This document shows, piece after piece, positions 30,001 through 40,961 of a DNA stretch of 64,000 bases. Position numbers and translations under genes: made by a program. Every line of letters starts with the position of its first letter. The stretch's first letter is position 1. The stretch comes from Mobula hypostoma (Eukaryota): NCBI RefSeq assembly GCF_963921235.1, contig NC_086108.1:6634001-6698000 (forward strand), in the 5' to 3' direction. Below the pieces are notes generated by a model. That model did no database searches, was not told the origin of the DNA, and saw only the letters and a list, made by a program, of their open reading frames with translations.

Positions 30001-33000
30001 CCCCACTCAACATTCCGAAACACAGCCCACTCTACAGTACGAAACACATCCCCACTCAACAGTCCAAAAAACAACCCACTCAACAGTCCGAAACACATCC
30101 CACTCAACAGTCTGAAACACATCCCAGTAAACAATTCGAAACACATCCCACTCAATACTTGAAACACACACCACTCAACATTCGGAAACACATCCCACTC
30201 AACAGTCAGAAACCTATCCCACTCAACAGTCCGAAACACATCCCCACTGAACAATCCGAAACACATCCTCACTCAACAGTCCGAAACTCAGCCCACTCAA
30301 CAGTCCGAAACACTCCCCAACTCAACAGTCCGAAACACATCCCCACTCAACAGTCCGAAACACACCCACTCAACAGTCTGAAAACACATCCCACTCAACA
30401 GTCCGAAACACTCCCCAACTCAACAGTCCGAAACACACCCACTCAACAGTCTGAAAACAGATCCCACTCAACAGTCCGAAACACATCCCACTCAACAGTC
30501 TGAAAACACATCCCCACTCAACAGTCTGAAACACATCCTGCTCAACAGTCCGAAACACACCCCACTCAACATTCCGAAACACAGCCCACTCTACAGTACG
30601 AAACACATCCCCACTCAACAGTCCAAAAAACATCCCACTCAACAGTCCGAAACACATCCCACTCAACAGTCCGAAACACATCCCAGTAAACAATTCGAAA
30701 CACATCCCACTCAATACTTGAAACACACACCACTCAACATTCGGAAACACATCCCACTCAACAGTCAGAAACCTATCCCACTCAACAGTCCGAAACACAT
30801 TCCCATGCAACAGACCGAAACACATCCCACTCAACAGTCCGAAACTCATCCCACTGAACAATCCGAAACACATCCCACTCAACAGACCGAAGCACATCGC
30901 ACTCAACAGTCCGAAACACATCCCCGCTCAACAGTCCAAAACACATCCCACTGAACTATCCGAAACACACCCCACTGAACAGTCCGAAACACATCCCACT
31001 CAACAGTCTGAAACATATCCTGCTCAACAGTCCGAAACACATCCCCACTCAACATTCCGAAAAACATCCCACTCAACAGTCCGAAACACATCCTCACTCA
31101 ACAGTCCGAAACACATCCCAACTCAACACTCCGAAACACATCCCAACTCAACAGTCTGAAACACATCCCCAACTCAACAGTCCGAAACACACCCCACTCA
31201 ACAGTCCGAAAAACATCCCACTCAACAGTCCGATACACATCCCAATCAACAGTCCGAAACACACCCCACTCAACAGTCCGATGCACACCCCACTCAACAG
31301 TCCGAAACATATCACCACTGAACAGACCAAAAAACACCCCACTCAACAGTCCGAAACACATCCTCACTCAACAGTCCGAAACACATCCTCACTCAACAGT
31401 CCGAAAACATATCCCACTGCACAGTCCAAAACACATCCCACTCAACAGTCCAGAAAAAATCCTCACTCAACAGTCCGAAACACATCCTCACTCAACAGTC
31501 CGAAACACATCCTCACTCAACAGTCTGAAAACACATCCCCACTCAACAGTCCGAAACTCAGCCCACTCAACAGTCCGAAACGCATCCCAATCAACAGTCC
31601 GAAACATATCACCACTGAACAGTCCAAAAAACACCCCACTCAACAGTCCGAAACACATCCCCACTCAACAGTCCGAAACACATTCTCACTCAACAGTCCG
31701 AAAACACATCCCACTGCACAGTCCGAAACACATCCCACTCAACAGTCCGAAACACATGCCACTCAACAGTCCGAAACACATCCCCACTCAACAGTCCGAA
31801 ACACAGCCACACTCAACAGTCCGAAACACATCCCGCTCAACAGTCCGAAACACATCCCCGCTCAACAGTCCGAAACACATCCCCACTCAACAGTCCGAAA
31901 AACATCCTCACTCAACAGTCCGAAACACATCCCCACTGAACAATCCGAAACACATCCTCACTCGACAGTCCGAAACTCAGCCCACTCAACAGTCCGAAAC
32001 AATCCCCAACACAACAGTCCGAAACACATCCCCACTCAACAGTCCGAAACACACCCACTCAACAGTCTGAAAACACATCCCATTCAACAGTCCGAAACAC
32101 TCCCCAGCTCAACAGTCCGAAACAGACCCACTCAACAGTCTGAAACACATCCTGCTCAACAGTCCGAAACACATCCTCACTCAACAGTCCGAAACACTCT
32201 CCAACTCAACAGTCCGAAACACATCCCACTCAACCGTCCGAAACACATCCTCACTCAACAGTCCGAAACTCAGCCACACTCAACAGTCCGAAACACATCC
32301 CAACTCAACAGTCCGAAAAACATCCCACTCAACAGTCCGAAACACACCCCACTCAACAGTCCGAAACACACCCGCTCAACAGTCCGAAACACATCCCCAC
32401 TGAACAGTCTGAAACACATCCCCACTCAACAGTCCGAAAAACATCCTCACTCAACAGTCCGAAACACACCCCCACTGAACAGTCCGAAACACATCCCCAC
32501 TCAACAGTCCGAAAAACATCCCCACTCAACAGTCCGAAACACATCCCACTCAACAGTCTGAAACACATCCTGCTCAACAGTCCGAAACACATCCCACTCA
32601 GCAGTCCGAAACACATCCCGCTCAACACAGTAAAACACATTCCCACTCAACAGTCTGAAACACATCCTGCTCAACAGTCCGAAACACATCCTCACTCAAC
32701 AGTCCGAAACACTCCCCAACTCAACAGTCCGAAACACATCCCACTCAACAGTCCGAAACACATCCTCACTCAACAGTCCGAAACTCAGCCACACTCAACA
32801 GTCCGAAACACATCCCAACTCAACACTCCGAAACACTCCCCAACTCAACAGTCCGAAACACATCCCCACACAACAGTCCGAAACACACCCGCTCAACAGT
32901 CCGAAACACATCCCCACTGAACAGTCTGAAACACATCCCCACTCAACAGTCCGAAAAACATCCTCACTCAACAGTCCGAAACACATCCCCACTGAACAAT

Positions 33001-35474
33001 CCGAAACACATCCTCACTCAACAGTCCGAAACTCAGCCCACTCAACAGTCCGAAACACTCCCCAACTCAACAGTCCGAAACACATCCCCACTCAACAGTC
33101 CGAAACACACCCACTCAACAGTCTGAAAACACATCCCACTCAACAGTCCGAAACACTCCGCAACTCAACAGTCCGAAACACACCCACTCAACAGTCTGAA
33201 AACACATCCCCACTCAACAGTCTGAAACACATCCTGCTCAACAGTCCGAAACACACCCCACTCAACATTCCGAAACACAGCCCACTCTACAGTACGAAAC
33301 ACATCCCCACTCAACAGTCCAAAAAACATCCCACTCAACAGTCCGAAACACATCCCACTGAACAGTCTGAAACACATCCCCACTCAGCAGTCCGAAAAAC
33401 ATCCTCACTCAACAGTCCGAAACACATCCCCACTGAACAATCCGAAACACATCCTCACTCAACAGTCCGAAACTCAGCCCACTCAACAGTCCGAAACACT
33501 CCCCAACTCAACAGTCCGAAACACATCCCCACTCAACAGTCCGAAACACACCCACTCAACAGTCTGAAAACACATCCCACTCAACAGTCCGAAACACTCC
33601 GCAACTCAACAGTCCTAAACACACCCACTCAACAGTCTGAAAACAGATCCCACTCAACAGTCCGAAACACATCCCACTCAACAGTCTGAAAACACATCCC
33701 CACTCAACAGTCTGAAACACATCCTGCTCAACAGTCCGAAACACACCCCACTCAACAGTCCGAAACACATCCCAGTAAACAATTCGAAACAAATCCCACT
33801 CAATACTCGAAACACACCCCACTCAACAGTCCGAAACACATCCCACTCAACAGTCAGAAACCTATCCCACTCAACAGTCCGAAACACATTCCCATGCAAC
33901 AGACCGAAACACATCCCACTCAACAGTCCGAAACTCATCCCACTGAACAATCCGAAACACATCCCACTCAACAGTCCGAAGCACATCGCACTGAACAATC
34001 CGAAACACATCCCCACTCAACAGTCCGAAACACATCCCACTCAACAGTCCGAAACACATCCCCACTCAACAGTCCGAATCACACCCCACTCAACAGTCCG
34101 TAACACATCCCACTCAACAGTCTGAAACACATCCCACTGAACAATCCAAAACACATCCCATTGAACAGTCCGAAACACCTCCCACTCAACAGTCCGAAAA
34201 ACATCCCACTCAACAGTCCGAAACACATCCCCACTCAACAGTCCGAAACACATCCAACCCAACAGTCCGAAACACACCCCACTCAGCAGTCCGAAACACA
34301 ACCCACTCAACAGTCCGAAACACTCCCCCACTCACCAGTCCGAAACACATCCCACTCAACAGTCCGACACACACCCCGACTCAACTGTCTGAAACACATC
34401 CCACTCAACAGTCTGAAACACATCCCCACTCAACAGTCCAAAACACATCAACACAACAGTCCGAAACACAGCCCACTCAACTGTCTGAAAACAGATGCCA
34501 CTCAACAGTCCGAAACACATCCCACTCAACAGTCCGAAACACATCCCACTCAACAGTCCGAAACGCATCCCCACTCAACAGTCCGAAAACACATCTCCAC
34601 TCAACAGTCCGAAACTCAGCCCACTCAACTGTCTGAAACACATCCCCACTCAACAGTCCAAAACACGACCAACCCAACAGTCCGAAAACACATCCCACTC
34701 AACAGTCCGAAAGACATCCCACTCAACAGTCCGAAACACTCCTCCACTCAACAGTCCGAAACACAACCCAGTCAACTGTCCGAAACACACCCCACTGAAC
34801 AGTCCAAAACACATCCCACTCAACAGTCCGAAACACATCCCCACTCAACAGTCCGAAAACACATCCCCACTCAACAGTCTGAAACACACCCCACTCAACA
34901 GTCCGAAACACATCCCAACTCAACACTCCGAAACACTCCCCAACTCAACAGTCCGAAACACATCCCACTCAACAGTCCGAAACACACCCGCTCAACAGTC
35001 TGAAAACAGATCCCTCTCAACAGTCCGAAAAACATCCCCACTCAACAGTCCGAAACACATCCCCACTCAACAGTCCGAAACACACCCCACTCAACAGTCT
35101 GAAAACAGATCCCTCTCAACAGTCCGAAAAACTTCCCCACTGAACAGTCCGAAACACATCCCCACTCAACAGTCCGAAACACACCCCACTCAACAGTCCG
35201 AAACACACCCCACTCAATAGTCCGACACACACCCCACTCAACAGTCCGAAACACATCCCCACTCAACAGTCCGAAACACATCCCACTGAACAGTCTGAAA
35301 CACATCCCACTCAACAGTCCGAAACACATCCCACTCAACAGTCTGAAACACACCCCACTCAACAGTCTGAAAGCAGATCCCACTCAACAGTCTGAAACAC
35401 ATGCCACTCAACAGTCCGTAACACATCCCACTCAACAGTCCGAAACACCCCACCACTCAACAGTCCGAACACAT
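1..35474. repeat. Satellite array, 24/25-bp monomer (CCACTCAACAGTCCGAAACACATC[C]), with higher-order structure
   Basis: Continuous head-to-tail monomers from base 1 to ...cagtccgaacacat at ~35474; variation mostly in C-run length and at the CCGA CpG; runs off the left edge of the window. Confidence 0.99.
1864..2063. other. Assembly gap (200 N)
   Basis: Run of exactly 200 n; the round number suggests a placeholder gap of unknown true size. Confidence 0.99.
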
Positions 35475-35487
35475 ACGATCTGTTTAC

Positions 35488-35612
35488 CTTGGCATTGTTG
35501 TGGACCTTTCTGTATATGCGTATTGGCGGCTGCGTTTCCCACATGGCAAATGTGACGTCACTTCGGGAGAATCTCACTGCCTGTGGATCCCTTTGGCATA
35601 TTCTGAAAGGTG
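35488..35612 (-). other. Candidate exon of an unidentified minus-strand gene
   Basis: Non-repeat island with acceptor ccaccttcttacag (alternative cacctttcag, exon start 35602), donor AAG|gtaaac and one open frame PFRICQRDPQAVRFSRSDVTFAMWETQPPIRIYRKVHNNAK; no homolog recognised. Confidence 0.4.
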
Positions 35613-35643
35613 CTGTAAGAAGGTGGTCATTTTGTGTTGGAGC

Positions 35644-35945
35644 ATAGAACACAGAAGAGTAATACACAGGAACAGGCCATTCGGCCCACAACGCTGTGCT
35701 GAACCAGTTAGAAATTAAATCAAAAACACCCAAACACTAATCCCTCCTACGTACACCATGTCCATATCGCTCCATCTTCCTCACATCCATGTGCCCATCC
35801 AAATGTGTATTAGTAGCCTCATATGTATTTGCCTATACCACTAGACCAGGCAGCACATTCCAGGCACCCATTATGTCTGAATAAAAAACTTACCCCTCAC
35901 ACCCCCCTTGAACCTACACCCGCTCACTTCAATGCCTGCCCTCTG
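35644..35945 (-). mobile_element. CR1-type LINE 3' end fragment
   Basis: catagaac...acaggccattcggcccac tail and aaaaacttacccct segment shared with the CR1 3' end at 40817-41100. Confidence 0.8.
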
Positions 35946-36229
35946 CACGCCACTACCATTCATACATGCATGCCACACATACAAACCATTCCATTCCAAC
36001 AATGCTTTGAGGTAGTACGAATGTAAACAATTATGGAATGCAGAATAAAATATTTTAGTTATAGACTAAAGTGCAGTGCAGTCAGACAAAATAAGATACA
36101 GGATCATAACGAGGTTGATTGGTCAAGAATTCAACTTATTGTTCAATAGTCTTATAACAGCAGCATCACAGCAGAATACCAGAAGTTTCCTTGAATTTGG
36201 TAGTTTGATGCCTCAGATTCCATCTTCTG

Positions 36230-36480
36230 CATGCTCTTGAAACCCTTTCGTAACCCTCAATCCCAGATCTTTCAGAAATGCCTCTGCTGTTTCTTTGAAA
36301 TACTCCCAGTAATATAAAGTCCACAACCTTCTGGGGAAGAGAACTCCAGAGATATTTACGATACAGAGCAGAATTGGCCTTTCCAAGAATCACTGGGATT
36401 GCCCTGGGAAACAGATACTCCCTGTCTGTCTACTCTAACTATACCTCTCATAATCTATAAACCTCTGTCAGATCTCCACT
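36230..36480 (-). mobile_element. Degraded CR1 3' ORF2 fragment
   Basis: Minus strand reads GDLTEVYRL; similar to CR1 ORF2 C-terminal sequence elsewhere in the window. Confidence 0.55.
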
Positions 36481-36529
36481 TCTCCAGTGTGGGGTGAGGG
36501 GGGGTGTGGGGACCACTGCTTGGGGTTGA

Positions 36530-36945
36530 AGTAAACTGCAGAGAGTTGTAAACTTAGTCAGCTCCATCATGAGTACTAGCCTCCGTAGTATCCAGGACAT
36601 CTTTAAGGAGCAATGCCTCCAAAAGGCGACATCCATCACTCAGGGCGTGCCCTCTTCTCATTGTAACCGTCAGGGAGGAGGTACAGGAGCCTGAAGACAC
36701 ACACTCAAAGATTCGGAAACAGCTTATTTCTGCCATCTGATTTCTGAGTGGACATTGAACCCATGAACACTACCTCACTACTTTTTTAAATTTATATTTT
36801 TGTGCTACTTATTTAATTTAACTATTTAATTTACATATACTTACAGTAATTCACATTTTTTTCTCTATTATTATGTATTGCATTGTACTGCTGCCACAAA
36901 GTTAACAGATTTTACGACATATGCTGGTGATATTAAACCTGATTG
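36530..36945 (+). mobile_element. Rex1/Babar-type LINE 3' fragment
   Basis: Degenerate KLQRVV...PSGRRYRSLKTHTQRFGNS C-terminus followed by a 3' UTR ending attaaacctgatt. Confidence 0.75.
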
Positions 36946-37973
36946 CAAAGAAGTGACTGGAATCCATAAACCATTGAAATCTAGCATCAGGTCCCGAGTA
37001 TCCAAATATTTGGAGCTTTTATTTCAAAGATGGTTAAAGTACTTCAGCCTGGTTTTTTATTTCAAAAATAAACTTTGATAATAATGAAAATTTATGATTT
37101 AAATTATATACACAAGATTAAAAGTGCAAGATATTTTTACACTCCTGGTTAATACATTCTTTAGTGTTGACTTGGGTAACACACATAATTCTGAAGGAAC
37201 TCAGAAGGTCAGGCAGCTTCTATGAAAGGTTCAAAACTCAAAGTACATTCCTTAACCAAGTATGGATACAACCTTGAGCCACAAAGCAAAGAAACCCATT
37301 AAAAAAAAGACAGTCAAGCGCCCAATGTGCTGAAAAAGAAATAAATCATGCAAACAACAAAAGCAAACAGACAACTGAAGTTCACAAAAGGGAGTCCGTA
37401 GCCATGAAGCCAATCATCACTACAGCCGATCCAGTAGCCCGTTAGTTGCAGGCTGCAGCCTCACTTCAACGCAGCGACAAGTAAACCTGGTGGAGCAGCA
37501 AACTGAACAGTGCCTGTTCCTCACCTCTGGCCCCAGCACCCTGACCTTTCCAATTCGGCGTGGCGCTTAAATTGATCAGACCCCGGGCTTTTCCTCACTC
37601 TTAGGCCTGGGCTCGAGCCCCGCCGCCTCATCTCTGCCTTGCCTCAGTTGTGCCGCATCAAATCGCCTCCAAATCCGCTCCAGCAATGGCCAGCATCGGC
37701 TCATACCTTGCTCTAGGGCCTGGTTCCAGGCCTGGGCCCCACCAGGTCGATGCTGTAGGAATGTAGGCGTTTTGTGATCTGGGGGGAATTGCTCAGCTTT
37801 AAGCCTTTGCAATATCCAAAGGAGGTGAATAGTGCTATATAAATGCAGTTTCTATCATCTGTAAGTGATTGGCTTCCAGCTTCAGGTCCCATGTATCCAA
37901 ATAATTGGAGCCTTTAATTCAAGGATGGTTAAAGTACTTCAGCTTTTTTTTTTGATTTCAAAAATGAAAATTA

Positions 37974-38528
37974 CACTGGACAACAAAGATTTTGCTTCCT
38001 GAATGCTTTTTGGTGTATCTTATGGATTTTGGCCTGCTGATCATTCAATAAAAGTTTTTCCTGGAGCATCGGAGGCTGAGGGGATGTCTGATAGAGGTTT
38101 ACAAAATTATGAGAGGCATCAATAGAGTGGACAGAGAGTATCTGTTTCCCAGTACCAGAGGACATGCTTTGAAGGAGAGAGGGAGGAGGTTAAAGGGGGA
38201 TGTGAGGGGTAAATTTTTTACTCAGAGAGTGGTGGATTCCTGGACATTAGAAATATATTAGAGATTTTTAAGAGGTGTTTAGATAGGCACATGGATATGA
38301 GGAAGATGGAGGGAAGCGGACAATATGTAGGTAGGAGAGATTAGTGTTTGGGTATTTTTGATTTGCGATCTAGCTGGTTCAGCACAACATTGTGGGCTGA
38401 ATGGCCTGTTCCTGTGCTGTACTCTTCACTGCTCTATGTTCTATATTTGTCTTCAGCTTCAAGCAGTCTATCTTAACCGCAAAGAAATTCTGAGGAAGTA
38501 ACACTTCCGAAAAAAATGCTGTCCAGTG
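37974..38528. mobile_element. Non-autonomous TIR element with CACTG termini and TTA target duplication (CACTA/EnSpm-like or Harbinger-like), containing a CR1 fragment
   Basis: tta|CACTGGACAACA...TGCTGTCCAGTG|tta; empty paralogous site at 37092-37094. Confidence 0.7.
38052..38444 (+). mobile_element. CR1 3' end fragment
   Basis: LEHRRLRGCLIEVYKIMRGINRVD-like frame; 3' UTR ends ggcctgttcctgtgctgtact...ctctatgttctat. Confidence 0.85.
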
Positions 38529-38624
38529 TTATGATTTAAATTACAGTAGACATAAAAGAATAAAAGTGCAAGACCTTTTTTTTACTTTCCTGGTTAATAC
38601 ATTCTTTCGTGCTAACTTGAGCAG

Positions 38625-38810
38625 AAGCCAGAATAAGAAGGTGGGTTGGCTTCTATCCCATTCCTTTCCAGTCCTGATGAATGCTCTCAGCCTGAAACAT
38701 CAACTCGTTATTACTCTCCGTAGACTCTCCCTGACCTGCTGGGTTCCTCCGCCATTTTCTGTTTGTTGTTCAGGATGTCCAGCATCTGCAGAATCACTGG
38801 TCTCTATCTC
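38625..38810 (+). mobile_element. Penelope-type terminal repeat fragment with degenerate minimal hammerhead motif
   Basis: cagtc-CTGATGA-atgctctcagcct-GAAA-catc at 38669-38701, then ...ctgacctgctgggttcctcc...ccagcatctgcagaatc; related copies at ~52340 (+) and ~60385-60480 (-). Confidence 0.65.
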
Positions 38811-38814
38811 TGCA

Positions 38815-38965
38815 GTGTAAACCACTGTCACTTACGTGGGCCCTTGGTGTGATTCGCCTTTTCAGTGCCTGAGGGGCTTTCCCACTCAACTCAGCCCTTC
38901 GGTGGGTAGTGGAGGAAGGAGCCCAAACCGTGGTCCTTCCCCACAGAGCCTTTGCATTGACTGCA
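38815..38965 (-). mobile_element. L1/Tx1-type LINE C-terminal fragment
   Basis: Minus strand encodes AVNAKALWGRTTV, resembling a Tx1 ORF2 C-terminus. Confidence 0.45.
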
Positions 38966-39430
38966 GTACTTCAACCTATTTTTATACAGTACCATGCAAA
39001 GCCCAATAGCTAGGGCACCTGAGACTTCTATGCAGGACTGTATTTGTCAATGTGGAGCGGAGAACGAGTTTGTAAATCTGGTGGGAGCAAAGGATGTCAG
39101 GAATGGTGAGAGTGGGGTGCCATGGGAGATGTTTGAGACAGCTGGCAGAGAAGGTGTGCCAGGGGCAGGGGGGCAGTGGCATGGGTATAGACACACCCAG
39201 CCCTGAGGCACCAGGCAAGGTAACTTGATTCCAAACAGTTGTTTATTGATCATTATGCAGTGTCTCTCTGGTGCTTCCCACTCCCCTTTCCTTCCCCCTC
39301 TCCCAGCTCCCTTTCCCACTGTCAGTCCACAATAGAGACCCAGATCAGAACCAGGTTTATCATCACTCACATACGTCATGAAATTTTTTTTTCATGGCAG
39401 CAGTACAGTGCAATACATAAAATTACTGCA

Positions 39431-39743
39431 TAAGACCATAAGATATAGGAGCAGAAGTAGGCCATTCAGCCCATCGTATCTGCTCCACCATTCAATCATG
39501 GACTGATCCAATTCTTCCACTTATTTCCACTCCCCTGCCTTCTCCCTATACCCTTTGATGCCCTGGCTAATCAAGAACCTATAAATCTCTGCCTTAAATG
39601 CACCCAATGACTTGGCCTCCACAGCCGCTCGTGGCAATGATTTCCACAGATTTACCACCCTCTGACTAAAGTAATTTCTCTGCATCTCTGTTCTAAATGG
39701 ACGTCCTTCAATCCTGAAGTCGCACCCCTTCGGTTTCTGTAAC
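39431..39743 (-). mobile_element. 5'-truncated CR1 with 6-bp target duplication
   Basis: FRIEGRPFRTEMQRNYFSQRVVNLWKSLP; tail taagaccataagatatagg; actgca at 39425-39430 and 39744-39749. Confidence 0.9.
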
Positions 39744-39788
39744 ACTGCAGTACTGTGCAAAAGTCTTAAGCACCCTAGTGACATATAT

Positions 39789-40683
39789 CAAAGGTTCAAA
39801 GTTTCATTTTATTGTCAAGGTTTGCAACTCTGATACTTGTCTACCCAGGTAGCCATTAAGTACAGAAAGACCATGGGTGTTGATGAAAGAAAGGACATCA
39901 GCTCCTCCGCCCACCCGCACGATAAAGAAAAAGAACACTTGCAGACCCCAAAGTTCCCTACTCTCCTGCAGCAAAAGCACAGTCACAATACCAATCAATG
40001 ATCCCCTACAATAACAATCCCTAACTCCTCACTCGCAGAACAGAACAGGAGGAGTAGTTCCAAACCCCCAACCCCCTTACACACAAAAAAAATCGCCATC
40101 CGCCGATCGTCCAGAAGAAAGAAAGCAGTGAAAAACTGAAGGAAACCAACAATTAAGTGCAGTCCAATAATCACATACATCTCAGAATACGGTGAATGTC
40201 TTTTTGTCTGCATACGAGGAGAGCAGCCGCACAAACTCAGTCTTTCTGTAAAGAGTGACGGCTGACCTGGGTCCAAACGCTGCTGATCCGGGTAGAATGC
40301 GCCGACCCACCTGCTGATACCCTCTGTTGGGAGCCATCGTTGACCCCTCCACGTTCCTCTCCACTTCGAGATGGAGTTGTTCATGGCCACACAGCCTATC
40401 TCTGGTCTTCTCTACGAGGCAGCTTGTGTTCTTGGACCATTTGGGTTCCCCAAACCGCCACACTGTCTCGTCTCTGATTTCCACGCGGCAGCGCTCTGGA
40501 CACAGCACTGCACTGGATCCTTCGATGGAGGTTCCACTTGTAGGTCACAGGCTCCAACAGTATCTGTAACGCAAACAAGAGAAAAAGAACAAGCAGAAGG
40601 CATAGAAAATGTAATAATTGGAACGATTTTCCATCTGAAAGATGTCGCCCATGGAACCAATTTTTGCTGGTGCCATCTTGACC
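39789..40683 (-). mobile_element. Non-coding ~0.9-kb retroposon-like element of unassigned family
   Basis: Minus strand starts GGTCAAGATGGCACC and ends AATAAAA plus short tttgaacctttga tail; CpG-rich interior; no coherent ORF. Confidence 0.5.
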
Positions 40684-40961
40684 AGAATGATATGTAGTTA
40701 CTGCCTGTTACGCCACTGTCATTTAAGGCAGTAATGAAGGTCCTCCGTTGTCTCTATTGTATCCCAGGTGTGGGTAAGGTCCTCATTTCTGCATCTATGG
40801 TACAGCGCCAAGTTGTAGAAACATAGAAACATAGAAAACCTACAGCACAATACAGGCCATTCGGCCCACAAAGCTGTGCCGAACATGTCCCTACCTTAGA
40901 ACTACCTAGGCTTTACCCATAGCCCTCTGTTTTTCTGGAGCTCCATGTACCTGTCTGGGAG

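Larger units (their letters stand above)
36960..38620. repeat. Local diverged duplication (copy A ~36960-37175; copy B ~37860-38620, expanded by insertions)
   Basis: caggtccc..gtatccaaata..tggagc...gatggttaaagtacttcagc and taaaagtgcaaga...cctggttaatacattcttt each occur twice in the same order. Confidence 0.8.

Noticed and set aside
19..35456. Long ORFs in the satellite (TQQSETHP / LNSPKHIP / STVRNTSH and MCFGLLSG repeats, up to 512 aa)
   Set aside because: The 24-bp unit lacks stops in several frames and 25-bp units rotate the frame arbitrarily; there is no frame preservation or gene structure.
1..35474. CRISPR array (short repeats containing GAAAC)
   Set aside because: No unique spacers, no cas genes, and a eukaryotic TE context.
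1..35474. CENP-B box or G-quadruplex in the monomer
   Set aside because: Minus strand has TTCG but not the downstream A..CGGG; G-runs are ~21 nt apart, too far for a canonical quadruplex.
38878..38898. cccactcaactcagccc as the source of the satellite monomer
   Set aside because: Only ~10 bp of low-complexity match; chance is sufficient.
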